A DNA stretch of 63,997 nucleotides, filler included, from Stramenopiles sp. TOSAG23-6 (taxonomy: Eukaryota): the NCBI GenBank assembly GCA_900128565.1. It is 10 parts of 10 records of this genome, joined end to end, with 100 filler letters (N's around TTAATTAATTAA, not from the genome) between each part and the next. Parts side by side here need not be neighbours in the genome. Positions count along the whole stretch, not along the records: positions 32,149 to 38,465 come from LT636722.1; positions 38,566 to 44,882 come from LT636723.1; positions 44,983 to 51,298 come from LT636724.1; 7 more parts are not named here. The stretch is one strand, 5' to 3'. The notes under the pieces were generated by a model that made no database searches, was not told the DNA's origin, and was given only the letters and a program-made list of their open reading frames with translations. The translations under genes were made by a program, and so were the position numbers. Below, one piece after another: positions 34,887-45,865 of the stretch; position 1 is the stretch's first letter, and each line of letters begins with the position of its first letter.

Positions 34887-37763
34887 ATGGATGGCAAATT
34901 TTTGACACGTGTTTTCCGAAGCAACGGCGAAGCGATAGACAATCATTGTGCTAGTTCTACAAAGTTACCTATAATTCAATACAATGGTTCTACAAGAGGG
35001 ATGACAAAGTGCACAGTGAGACCAAAGCCTCGAGAGCGTGCTACTGCTTTCCTTGACTCTGTTACTTACATTGAACAAAATCTGCCAGGTTGCAAAGAAG
35101 CTTTGAAAGTGTTGTTAGATTATGTGCGACCAATTTATAATGACGTGGAGGAGTTTTGTATAGCCCAGTTTGCGCTCAATTTCTTCAACAAAGAGGAAAC
35201 AAGAGAAAGATATGCTGAATATGGTTTATCATGTCAATTCTTTTTAGCAATATGTCGAGCTCGAGCAATTATTCATGAGGCGCGAAAGAAAGGTTTTGTA
35301 TTTGATAGCCATTTTGAGGGCCTTCAGTTAAGTATGAAGGAAAGGCTGAATCTAGAAAAGATTACTTATTCCATGACAATGGAAGAACTAGACTTACTAT
35401 TACCACCAGAACACAGAACCATATGTAACTCTTGCCTGTGGCAGTCAAATGCTGGTTCTTCAGAAGCTCTTCCATTATTTTCAAAAAAGAAGTCTACGTT
35501 TCGTCAACAGTCACTAGAGAAAGAGCTCATTTGCATTTTTAACCGTCTTACGACTGACTTTGTAAATGACATAAATCTTCAGGATACGGTCAATCGCTTA
35601 GCTTCAGAAGCCCCAGAAATATTTCTCTGTAAAGTATGGAGGGAATCAAGTTTTCAGCCCGAAAATATTCCAACTCTAGGCAAAGTCTTGCATAGTATTA
35701 GTTCGATTTGTAGATTTTGGGAATGTTCAGCCTTACCTCTTCCCAATGGTAGAATACCGCAGGAGCAAGCACCACTAATTGTAAAGACATTATTATCAGT
35801 AATCACTGAACAGTGTAATCATGAGAAAAATGAAGGAAATCTGGAAGATAAATTGAACAACATTTGTGCTCTTGTGAAACATCTGATGCTCAAGCCTGAA
35901 AGTAATCGTACGGCCAGTCGTTCTATTTGTATATCCAATTTATTCACATTATTACTTCCATCGGACTTAATCAAATATACAGTTATACCGTTGCTACAAT
36001 CAATCAATAATCTCAAAAATATTCAATCTGGTATTGTCTTACTATCTGCAGCAATACCTACTCATTTAGCTACAACTTCAACAGTTGAAGAAAATGGAAT
36101 TCCCATTTCTGTTATTTGTGATGTTTTCAAAGAAGTTGTGATGATTGCGATAAAAATTAATAATTCTTTTAATATAGTAACTGAATGTACAAAATTAATT
36201 GAAAATAATTATTTTTGTAATGAACTATGGACAATACTTGATAGTTTGGTGTGTCTGATTAGTATGAGACTTTTCGCTATATTAGAACGAGGTGGAATCA
36301 TTTTATCACAAGAGTTTTATGATACTGTTGATATATCAAAGGGTAATATCGAAGATAATCAATCATCGACATGTCCACCTTTTTTATTTCATGGACAACT
36401 TCGGCGTGATATGGAAGATGTATGTGTGACCTTATCGAGTACGTTGAATATATTGAGTATACCTGAACATAGTGTAACTCGTATACAATGTGTGAGACTT
36501 CTTAAAACGATTTCGATATACAACTGTTATTGTAATGCATTTACTATGCCAATTCTACCTAATGTGCCTGAGATTCCATCTCTTCCATTATTACTACGAA
36601 TATCTGATATACTAGATATTCAAGTGGAATGCAAAAATAATGTTACGTTTTCTGATGAGACAAAAAAGATTCCTCTTTTCCCATCTATACATTTATTCAT
36701 GGAGATGTTGCAATGGTCGCAGTTGTCAGATTACCATGTCCGCCAAGCATCCACATGGAATCGACTACGAGACTTGAAAGCATTCATTGACATGTCAATT
36801 CATAATTTTTCTAAGGAGAATATGTCGTCAGTATTTGTGAGACGAAATAGAAAGTTATCAACATCTAATCGATGTAAATTCTATACCAAAACTGACCGTT
36901 TTCGACATATAGTTATTGCAGGATGTGCATTATTCTTTACATCACAAAAAGCATCCCATTGTGGCATTATGCGCATATTGAATGTACTTATACCTGCAAT
37001 GATCTATACTGAATGTTTAAGACAGAATTGTGATATTTTCCCTATTTCTGTCAATGGAAACAAAACAAGTATAGAAAGTGATACAAATCAGATTGCTGGT
37101 GTAAAATATTCTCTTCCCATAATATTTCCTCCAACAGGGAAAATAGCATTTGGCAAACTTCTTATTCTACTTCGTATTTTAATTTTGATGGACACTATGT
37201 GCATGGAAACATTCACATTAGGTAAGGATAAACTAGCACAGTTTAGTCGATCTATAATTTGTTGCGTTAGTGAATTCATTAGTGATTGTAATTGTATCGT
37301 AGCTGCTATAGAAAAAAATGAAAATGTTGTACACAGAGTGAATGATATAGAGTGCCCAAAGTTAGAAATAATTGCTAAAGTCCTTGCATTGTGTATTCAA
37401 ATGTTGCATCATTTTTCTTTGAAGAATAAAGGTGTTATGTGTGAATCGGGCGAGTTTGAACCTTCATATCGATCTAGAGTTATTGAACAGCTTAACATTC
37501 TGTGCCTTACTGTTCTCCGGGTGTTCTCATCCACATTTATATCAACAAAAACAAGATTGTGTAGTACAGATTGTATCGATGGGAAAGACGAAAATAATAG
37601 TACTGTCAATTTCGAAAGGATGCAACAAAAATGTGAATCACGGATGAATTTATTGGTAGAAAAGCTTAAGAAGTCAACATGTCTTTTACCAATACATATA
37701 GGGAGGACTATTATTCGAAGTTTAGAAGGTTTACGTATCACTGAAATCACCGTGAATAACTAA
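34887..37763 (+). CDS. Hypothetical helical protein
   Basis: 958 aa uninterrupted ORF with no recognised motif. Confidence 0.65.
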   Translation: MDGKFLTRVFRSNGEAIDNHCASSTKLPIIQYNGSTRGMTKCTVRPKPRERATAFLDSVTYIEQNLPGCKEALKVLLDYVRPIYNDVEEFCIAQFALNFFNKEETRERYAEYGLSCQFFLAICRARAIIHEARKKGFVFDSHFEGLQLSMKERLNLEKITYSMTMEELDLLLPPEHRTICNSCLWQSNAGSSEALPLFSKKKSTFRQQSLEKELICIFNRLTTDFVNDINLQDTVNRLASEAPEIFLCKVWRESSFQPENIPTLGKVLHSISSICRFWECSALPLPNGRIPQEQAPLIVKTLLSVITEQCNHEKNEGNLEDKLNNICALVKHLMLKPESNRTASRSICISNLFTLLLPSDLIKYTVIPLLQSINNLKNIQSGIVLLSAAIPTHLATTSTVEENGIPISVICDVFKEVVMIAIKINNSFNIVTECTKLIENNYFCNELWTILDSLVCLISMRLFAILERGGIILSQEFYDTVDISKGNIEDNQSSTCPPFLFHGQLRRDMEDVCVTLSSTLNILSIPEHSVTRIQCVRLLKTISIYNCYCNAFTMPILPNVPEIPSLPLLLRISDILDIQVECKNNVTFSDETKKIPLFPSIHLFMEMLQWSQLSDYHVRQASTWNRLRDLKAFIDMSIHNFSKENMSSVFVRRNRKLSTSNRCKFYTKTDRFRHIVIAGCALFFTSQKASHCGIMRILNVLIPAMIYTECLRQNCDIFPISVNGNKTSIESDTNQIAGVKYSLPIIFPPTGKIAFGKLLILLRILILMDTMCMETFTLGKDKLAQFSRSIICCVSEFISDCNCIVAAIEKNENVVHRVNDIECPKLEIIAKVLALCIQMLHHFSLKNKGVMCESGEFEPSYRSRVIEQLNILCLTVLRVFSSTFISTKTRLCSTDCIDGKDENNSTVNFERMQQKCESRMNLLVEKLKKSTCLLPIHIGRTIIRSLEGLRITEITVNN

Positions 37764-37827
37764 TATTTTTAACAGAGAGTATGAAATTATATGAATTTTA
37801 TAAAGAAAATTATTATTAGCCATTCAC

Positions 37828-38417
37828 CTATAGTGTAATTCCTACCATCTTGATAAATTCTTCATAACCGATCTGTCTGGTGGAATATATTTATTTGAAA
37901 TTTATGTGAGTATAAATGAAAATAATGTTTCATTTGAAAGAGATTTTTGATTATTAGAATGTGAAACATACCTGTCCATCTCCATCGACGTCAGCCGACC
38001 GAATGAGCTGTTGTATTTCGTCATCCGTCGCCTTTTCTCCTAAATGAGTTGATATGTAATACATTTCTTCAGCAGAAATAGAACCATTGCCATCCCGGTC
38101 TAAGATTTTGAAAGCTTCTATGTAGTCTGACTCGTTATTTCCCCCCTGTTGCATCAACTTAGCCATCATCTCGAGAAATTCTTCGAAATCAATTGTACCA
38201 CCACCATCTGTATCGACCTCGGCAATCATTTCTTTTACTTCTTCTGGTGATGGGTCTTGTCCTAATGATCGCATTACTTCTCCCATAAATTTGTGCAATA
38301 TGTGTCAACTATAAACAAATGAATTAACAAGTGATGTCTTATAAAATATTGTGCCGTTGGTTGTATAATATAGAAAATATTAACTCCTCTCCATCGATGT
38401 CTCCACCACCATCAGCA
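37828..38417 (-). CDS. Calmodulin-like EF-hand protein, 5' part missing; exons about 38417-38381, 38283-37972, 37872-37828
   Basis: [56 protein letters not shown]. Confidence 0.85.
37873..37971 (-). other. Canonical GT-AG intron, 99 nt
   Basis: GTATGTTT...TACTCAC...AAATATATTCCACCAGACAG; restores the fourth EF hand. Confidence 0.9.
38284..38380 (-). other. Probable non-canonical intron, about 97 nt, ends uncertain (AT-TG as placed)
   Basis: Stop-containing insert between GEEL and GEVMRSLG; no GT-AG pair restores the motif. Confidence 0.55.
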
Positions 38418-38565
38418 ATATTCGAATTATAAAACAAATCCATTGTAGAAAAAAAATGAAAAAGGNNNNNNNNNNNNNNNNNNNNNNNNNNNNNNNNNNN
38501 NNNNNNNNNTTAATTAATTAANNNNNNNNNNNNNNNNNNNNNNNNNNNNNNNNNNNNNNNNNNNN

Positions 38566-39879
38566 GTGGTTACCACGGGAAATGATAATGTAATTGTTTC
38601 TCCAACTGGTTTTGGTACTTTCTTTAGTGCTTTTGCTGGAGCTGTTGCTGCTAAAGATGAAGAAGTTGATGCTTCAATAGAAACGTCTCTAAAGAAGGAG
38701 CAAGATAAAGCTAGATTGAAACAGACAAAACTGGAAACAGAGAGAAAGCAATTTGTGAAAGAACTTCATAAACGATACGGAATTACAGCATCAAAAGCAG
38801 CAACTCGTGTCCAATCCTATGTTAGACGATGGTCCGCTGTTTTGCGTGTACGAAAAATCGTTAACTCAGTGTACACAAAAATAATTGATCCAGAGACTAA
38901 TTATCCATCTTACATGAATAGCCAAACAAAAACCTCTTCATGTATGAAACCGTATTTATTAGGGGATAATGATTTGCCTTTTGAGGGTAAAATTGTGTAT
39001 CATTACACGAATATAAAAGAATCAATACTAGCTGTGGTGCTTATACAAAAAGTTTTCCGAAAAGTTTTGGCGAGTAACCTCGTATTTGAAAAAGTCATAA
39101 AACAAAAACTAATTACTAAATATTACTCCATGAGAGGAGATGATGAAAGGAAAAACAAATTAGGAATGTCAATATATAATACGCCTAAAATAAAACAAGG
39201 CTCAATGTGCTGGTCAAGTAAGATTACGGGAAACATATTTTGGCAAAAGCCAATTATTCTAGGTCAATGTAGTTTACCTATTACTCCTGATATTGCTGCT
39301 TCTGTGAGTGCGGACATATCTTTTGCGGCAGTCACATCAGCCAATACGGCATTTAGTAATTGTTTATATCATATTGTGGGATTTAGGATACACCAAGCAT
39401 CAATGATAGCAAGTATTGCGTCTGATTTTGCTCTTTGTATGGCGAAAAAGTGTCTTAATAATATTGCTTATGCAGCATCTGTTTGTGCAATCAAAATATC
39501 AAATAGTGCCGCAATGTATTCAAATCAAGTAGCTGTTAGAGCAACAAATTCTGTCTCAACTTTAGCATGCACTATTGCTGCAGCTGCTTCAATTAGAAGT
39601 GCTAGATATGCTGTTTGCTGTGCATATGATGCAGCGCAAATGCCAACGCAGGCTGCTGTGCTACGATCTGCTACTATTTCTTTTCAGTGCTCTCGTGATA
39701 TAAGAAACGTTTCCATCCTCACCACTAAGATTGTAAAGAATGCAGTTATATCTGCTGCTATATTTCAATCACAACTTGCAGTACAAGGAGCACTTCAGGC
39801 AAGTGCTACTGCCCGTCTTGGTGCTGCTTTTTGTATTGTTTCTGTTGTCAATGTGCTGGATCTTCTACACACTTTGTAA
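38566..39879 (+). CDS. IQ-motif protein with Ala-rich C-terminal region, 5' part missing
   Basis: ATRVQSYVRRW and VLIQKVFRK IQ-like motifs, each followed by a WW-like ..KP segment. Confidence 0.6.
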   Translation: MVTTGNDNVIVSPTGFGTFFSAFAGAVAAKDEEVDASIETSLKKEQDKARLKQTKLETERKQFVKELHKRYGITASKAATRVQSYVRRWSAVLRVRKIVNSVYTKIIDPETNYPSYMNSQTKTSSCMKPYLLGDNDLPFEGKIVYHYTNIKESILAVVLIQKVFRKVLASNLVFEKVIKQKLITKYYSMRGDDERKNKLGMSIYNTPKIKQGSMCWSSKITGNIFWQKPIILGQCSLPITPDIAASVSADISFAAVTSANTAFSNCLYHIVGFRIHQASMIASIASDFALCMAKKCLNNIAYAASVCAIKISNSAAMYSNQVAVRATNSVSTLACTIAAAASIRSARYAVCCAYDAAQMPTQAAVLRSATISFQCSRDIRNVSILTTKIVKNAVISAAIFQSQLAVQGALQASATARLGAAFCIVSVVNVLDLLHTL

Positions 39880-40704
39880 TGTCAGCAGGAGTTCAACAGT
39901 TGCGACGTTTAAAGTGTGGTCGTATTTGTTACTTGGATAGAAATCCACTTTGTTGTGATTTAGATATGTGTGGAGTAGCATTGTTACTAAAACAGCAAAA
40001 GTGTCCATTACGTGAATTGCGTCTTCAACACTGCAGTATTAGTGATAAAGGATGTGATATAATAGCAATGGCTTTAAGAAATAACAAATCTCTCCGTGTT
40101 TTACATCTAGAATATAATTTTATAAGTACAGCTGGTGTCATTAGTATAGCGCATATTCTGAAGGATAAAACGTGTAATCTCCGTAGTTTGCGTTTAGAAG
40201 GTAATGGTTTGGGAGATCAGGCGGCTGTTGCGTTAGCTACTGCAATTTCTTGTAATTGTAATATTTCAGAATTGGGGCTAGGAATGACGGGTTTGTCGGT
40301 ATATGCATGTAGTACAATAGTTAGTGCATTACATTCAAATAGAGTAATGGAGGTCATTGAATTGCATGTACGTTTCGTTCAATTCCGATTTTGTTTTAGT
40401 ATCAAATTTTGTACCTAACAAAACAAATCAATTGTTTGAAATATTTTTTCCATTACTCGGTAATATTCAAAATAATAAAAGTAAAACCACCAATGATAAA
40501 AATGCAACATTGGGTTGCGTTTTAGATATTTTAAAGTCAGTTATATTAAGTAGGAGTAAACGTAATGCTAATCTGTCGGAAGTATTAATTGATTTAAATA
40601 GAGAGTCTTTAGCTTGGAGTAAATCGCTACCCAAATATGCTGCGCATTGCGAAACATTATACACATCATCTTGTGACCAAGTACTTCATGTGTTTTGTCT
40701 TTAA
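39879..40704 (+). CDS. RNI-like leucine-rich repeat protein or domain; intron 40368-40458
   Basis: LRELRLQHC, LRVLHLEYN, LRSLRLEGN, MEVIELH|GN. Confidence 0.7.
40368..40458 (+). mobile_element. Repeated non-canonical intron (GT-TC as placed), 91 nt
   Basis: GTACGTTTC...AAATTTTGTACCTAAC...GAAATATTTTTTCCATTACTC. Confidence 0.7.
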
Positions 40705-40902
40705 AACACTCTAATTTATTATATAGTATACTTTTGTATTGAATTTCTCGAGACTACAACAACGGTTATATTCTTCTTTTAAAATCTAAATAAACTAATA
40801 TTTTACTAATATTTTACATTTATTTAGTGCATATGAAATGTTTTCAGCAAAAACACTTTTTTTGCAATGTTTTATCAAAAGTTTTATCCAAACCGTCTTT
40901 TT

Positions 40903-40977
40903 AATGTAAGATTTTCTTTTTGTTTTTTAACGTAAGATTTTCTTTTTGCTTTTTAATGTAAGATTTTCTTTTTGTTT
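40903..40977. repeat. Three tandem ~26-bp repeats overlapping the PEX7 stop
   Basis: AAYGTAAGATTTTCTTTTTG repeated three times. Confidence 0.75.
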
Positions 40978-42062
40978 ATCATTGCTGAAGGTGACCCTTG
41001 AGGCCACATCCATGTACAAACAGTTTTGTCCCATCCACACGACGCAATTTGCCCAGGTATAAAAAGATTATAGTCAATTCCACACACAAATTCTGTGTGA
41101 TGGCGACAGTCAAATAGCGTAGATTTCCCCTTCATAGTACAATTGGTTTTGAAATGGTTTTCCATTGATTTTAATCCTAACCCAAGCGCATCACTTCTTG
41201 CCTGCCAAATCCGAACTGATAGATCATATGATGCTGAGCCTAAAATATTCGAATTATGTGGATCAAAACGAATTCTTTTTATAGGAAAGCTATGACCCTC
41301 AAGTATTTTCATCGGGTTACTTGGTAATCGAATATCCCAAAATTTTATTGATTTATCAGCACCACTTGTAGCAATTACAAATTCTTCATATTTACTCCAA
41401 TCAACAGTTAGAACTTCATGCTCATGAGCCAAAATACTTAGTTCAAAGCCTTGATTGATGGAATTCAAATCACGACTACTACCACGGAGTATTCCACGTG
41501 ACGATGTATCCCATATCTTTAGTGTATGATCACCTGATACTGTAGCGAATATCGAATTATGTCGAGGACTCCAACTTACTGCGTATACACAGTGACTGTG
41601 CCCTCGAAACGTCCCAATTGAAGTTTGTCGTAGAGGATGCCAGAGCTTAGCGGTCTTGTCCCATGATGAAGACAAAAATGTTGTTTTTTCATATAGATTC
41701 CAATCGACACCAGAACATTCTTTACTGTGTTCATGCCATCGTCGAATTGGATAGCCATCTTTTACCTGAATATCCCAAAGTAATACAGAACCATCAGCAC
41801 AAGCACTACAAACTTGGCTACTATTTATTTCACTCCAGCTACAGTCAAAAAGACCTTCTTGGGTATAGAAACTTTTCTGTTCTTGTATAGCACAAGCACC
41901 TCTCAGTGGATCAATATCTAATATATATTGCTTTCCATTTCCAGCAATTCCAAAATACTGAGACGTTGCAACGGCGAGTCGACGGCCATCAAATGGAGAA
42001 TACTTCAGAGAAAACCCGTGAAACTCTAATTGAAATATTGACGCTTCAGCGTGGAGAGCCAT
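40953..42062 (-). CDS. PEX7: Peroxisomal targeting signal 2 receptor (WD40)
   Basis: YSPF..RLAVATSQYFGIAGNG, LFDCSWSE, SSSWD, HEVLTVDWSKY, HHTEFVCGID. Confidence 0.93.
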   Translation of the reverse strand: MALHAEASIFQLEFHGFSLKYSPFDGRRLAVATSQYFGIAGNGKQYILDIDPLRGACAIQEQKSFYTQEGLFDCSWSEINSSQVCSACADGSVLLWDIQVKDGYPIRRWHEHSKECSGVDWNLYEKTTFLSSSWDKTAKLWHPLRQTSIGTFRGHSHCVYAVSWSPRHNSIFATVSGDHTLKIWDTSSRGILRGSSRDLNSINQGFELSILAHEHEVLTVDWSKYEEFVIATSGADKSIKFWDIRLPSNPMKILEGHSFPIKRIRFDPHNSNILGSASYDLSVRIWQARSDALGLGLKSMENHFKTNCTMKGKSTLFDCRHHTEFVCGIDYNLFIPGQIASCGWDKTVCTWMWPQGSPSAMINKKKILH

Positions 42063-42388
42063 TCACGATGTAATAATTTCTTCTCAGAAAAAATTAAAGC
42101 ATTGTACAATAAGATCATGCATTCAATAACACAAAAAGTTACAGAAGAGATTTTTTTAAGAAAATGCAATTTTCTCTTTTGAACCTTGAAATTCAATTTT
42201 TTTTTTCATGGGTCAATATTATGACGTCATCAAGTGAAATCAAATCAATCATAATCTTGATATGATTCATCACTCTTTCTCACTCAAACCAATTAAATTG
42301 ACAATAAATAACAGTATTATTAAAATTTGAGTGGAAATTGTATTTGATATCTCTTGGAAATTACATTGAATCTTGAGTGCGAGGGAAT

Positions 42389-43479
42389 ATGGATTATCAA
42401 CTAATGGAAGATGGTCGAGTAAGTTTGAATCAAGGTCCGAGTAACAGCAATACACGCAATGTGGGATTGAATAGAAACAATGGTTGGGATTCGGTGTCAA
42501 GTAGTAATATTCGTGGTTGGGGAAGTACTAGTTCTAGACGTCATACTCAACAAACAGAGTTTCCCAACGAGCATGGGATAAATAAAGTAGCTGAAGATAT
42601 TAATTCATGGACACAATCATTATATTCTTGTGTGGAGCGGCTAAATGCCAACGAAATAGGCGGTCCAAAAGACACCCCAGAATTACGTAGGCGACTTCGA
42701 GTTGCGAGTGCTGACGCGACGAGAAATGTTCGTAATATCCATTCTGCTTTTCAGGAAATCGGTACGAATAAAATGGCTTCTAGTTCAAAAAAGTTCCACA
42801 AGTTGAAACGCGAATTTGAGGAAGTTTATACTCAGTTGGAGGAAGCACAAAAAAATGTCCGTCGTAAACTAAGAAACTCAATGTATGTTTTACTTTTTTT
42901 CAAATTCGAAATTTTTTTCGTACGGAATTTTGTACCTAACGATATTTTTTTTGAAATATTTTTCCAAAATACATTCAACTTGCTCAAACTCGTATAAGAA
43001 AACTTTCTTCAAATAGTGATATTCTTATGAAATCAGTAACTGGAAATAAATCTTCTATTGTAGATATAGATTCAAATTTTGAATCGAGTAATCGTCGCAG
43101 AGAAAGTAGGGATTTTGTTTCTCTACCACCACAACAACAATTATTACATGCATTTAAGCCTATTGACGTGGAACGCACTCGGTTAGAGGAAGACGAGAAA
43201 GACGCTGCTCAATTATATCAAGATTCTGTTGGCCTTCAAGAGTTAATGCAAGATCTTGGAATAATTGTTGAAAGCCAAGGACAGAAAATTGTGGAAATAG
43301 ATGATAACATTGCTGCGGGAACAACGCGAACAGGTGATGCTGCATCAGCTTTAACTGGGGCTGAAAAAAGTGACCGAGCCGCAAGAAAGAAAAGAGCATG
43401 TTTTATTCTCCTTTGTCTAGGGGGCTTAGTATTATTATTGTGGTTGTTTTGGCCAAGTTTATTTAAAAAATCACATTGA
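42389..43479 (+). CDS. Qa-SNARE syntaxin (STX7/12, Pep12-like); exons 42389-42882 and 42975-43479
   Basis: IGGPKDTPELRRRL Habc motif; SNARE motif DLGIIVESQGQKIVEIDDNI; C-terminal TM helix. Confidence 0.88.
42883..42974 (+). mobile_element. Repeated non-canonical intron (GT-AT), 92 nt
   Basis: Full consensus; removal puts both syntaxin ORFs in frame. Confidence 0.9.
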
Positions 43480-43691
43480 GCTACAATGCAATCCTATCTT
43501 TTGTTCAAGCATTTTTTGGGTTTTCGTACTTTTAAAAATGATACAAAACAAAATTTGAAATTGACTGCACCCTGTATTGTATATCTATTAAATAAAAAAC
43601 AAAGTATTTGACGTAAATAAGTCCAAAGGTATATAGTATTATGGTACATTTCGTAGTAGTACAAAGTTTATAACTCAATATACAGTTATTC

Positions 43692-44504
43692 TCAAAGGTT
43701 ATTTTCACCACTACCCGCAACTACTTCCTGTGTTTTTGAAGTTTTAGTTGTATTGCTTTTGTCGTCAACTATTTTCGGCTTGCGACCTCGGGGCTTCATA
43801 AATTTACATACGACTGAGCTACTGCCACGACATTGTGGACAATACCACTTGCCCTTAGGCTTGTTCAATGGATTTAAACCTACACAGTTAAGATGAAACC
43901 ACTCAAGAACACATTTTTCATAATCACAACCAATCATATCCCCATAGCTGGGACCATTACATATACAATATCGTTTAATATCACCATTACTTAAACCTAA
44001 AGCCGCATCGGCGTCTGCTTCGGCAGTGGCAAGTGCAACTGCTTCTTTTAACCTAGCTTCATTTTCCTCTGCAATTCGACGAGCGGCAGTGCGACTCTTA
44101 TAATTTGAGTTTTTTTTACTAGTTCTGGTATCGCCGTATTTGTGTCTAGAACCCGAAGATGTTTTTTTCTCTCTGGACTTGGACTTGCTATGATTGGAGC
44201 TTTCTTTTCCTACACAAACGTTACCCGTTCCAAAAGTAGGGACAGTCTTGATGAGATTCATAAAGTTATGTAAGGTCTCTACTTCGTCAACTACAAAAAC
44301 ATTTTTGAAATTTCGACCAACTGCAACTGCAGTTTGTTCAGTAGATGAATCACGTCGCAAAGGTACATTTAACTGATTCGCATACCTCCTTAATGTGGAG
44401 GTTTTCAGTTGGGTCCACTTAGTATGTAGATTCTTCGGATAGGAGTCTAAAGGATAAGGATAAGAAAAATTGCGCCGACTAGAAGACCCAGCTTTGCGCG
44501 GCAT
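43692..44504 (-). CDS. SAP30 Sin3-binding-like domain plus ING-type PHD finger
   Basis: [10 protein letters not shown]...AVAVGRNF...[37 protein letters not shown]...[10 protein letters not shown]. Confidence 0.8.
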   Translation of the reverse strand: MPRKAGSSSRRNFSYPYPLDSYPKNLHTKWTQLKTSTLRRYANQLNVPLRRDSSTEQTAVAVGRNFKNVFVVDEVETLHNFMNLIKTVPTFGTGNVCVGKESSNHSKSKSREKKTSSGSRHKYGDTRTSKKNSNYKSRTAARRIAEENEARLKEAVALATAEADADAALGLSNGDIKRYCICNGPSYGDMIGCDYEKCVLEWFHLNCVGLNPLNKPKGKWYCPQCRGSSSVVCKFMKPRGRKPKIVDDKSNTTKTSKTQEVVAGSGENNL

Positions 44505-45037
44505 AATTATGGACTATAAAGTTGTCCGCAGAATCTTTCTTTCTGAAACAAGCCAATTTTGGTAGAATTAAACTGAAGCGGAAAATATTATTAGAAATTT
44601 CCCTTATCTCTCTATGATATAAATAGGCTGCTAGTACAGATAGAGAGATAGATGGAGACTTGAGTTCGTTCGATGTTTTCGACGTAGACAAACCTGTTTT
44701 ATTAAGACTAGCTATACTACTATAGTATATGTAATACAAAGTATATCATGGCATGTGTTTTTTTCATCGGGTGAATTCGATACGATAATCAGATATTTTA
44801 AGCAAAGAATCGCATTTTCACAAATAGATTACAAGTATCAAATCGTATCGGTTTATATGATTATTATACAAATATTGTATCGNNNNNNNNNNNNNNNNNN
44901 NNNNNNNNNNNNNNNNNNNNNNNNNNTTAATTAATTAANNNNNNNNNNNNNNNNNNNNNNNNNNNNNNNNNNNNNNNNNNNNTCTTGCTTACTATTAAAG
45001 AAGAACTCTCTCAATTAAGACAAAAAAATGAAAATTA

Positions 45038-45107
45038 AAAATAAAAATCGTTAGGTATGGAATTTCGTAAGAAAAAAATATATTTGAAATTCATCACGAA
45101 AACCTAC
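45038..45107 (-). mobile_element. Repeated intron, 5' part; 3' end replaced by chimeric sequence
   Basis: GTAGGTTTTCG...TCTTACGAAATTCCATACCTAACGATTTT. Confidence 0.65.
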
Positions 45108-45865
45108 ACCGCATGGAGAAAAGCCTCGGCCTGTTTATACGTTAGAGGGCTGGGAATAGCGATGTCGAGTTCTCTAAGTCTCTGAGAAGCTTTCAAATTC
45201 CAAAGCAAACTATCTCGTTTTTTACTATTGACATTATCTGAATTGTCTCCATCTGACGTTTCTTGATCAGCGAGGGCAGATAGCAACTCAGATAATTTAA
45301 CACCGTGTTTATTTTTTAATGATGAAGATTTAGACGCAATATCATCATATAAAGTTCGAATACCATGATCACGCGAAGCAACTTGTACGTTAAGTATAAA
45401 AGCCATTACAAATTCACTCATACTCAGTGACCCATTTTCAGAAAGGTCAATTTTTCTAAAAGCTTCTTCTATTTCTTTCAAAGGATTTACAAAATTTGCA
45501 CTGATNCCNAGAGCTTTCAAACGCTCATCTGCAAGAGGGTCAACAAGACGTGCTGAAGCCCACTTTTGAACATAAGTACGTAGTTCTTCGAGCGAAACAC
45601 TACCGTTGTTATCTTTGTCTATATCGGAGAAAATTTCCCTAACATCACGTAGAAGATCTTCTTCGCCGAAGGAACCTGCCCGACTTAATCTCGATGGTTT
45701 TGCTAAACTTTTTAATCCATTTGCCATTCTCCGGCGTAAATCCCTTGTCTTTTTATGATCAAGGGCACTTGAAACCCCATATGCAAGCGCAAAAGATGAA
45801 GCTGACAGAGCAACAGTGCTTATTCCCAAATCAATCCACGACATTTTTTTATTCGGTGAAGACAT
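45108..45865 (-). CDS. EF-hand protein with N-terminal hydrophobic anchor, 3' end missing
   Basis: DIDKDNNGSVSLEEL and IDLSENGSLSMSEF. Confidence 0.75.
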
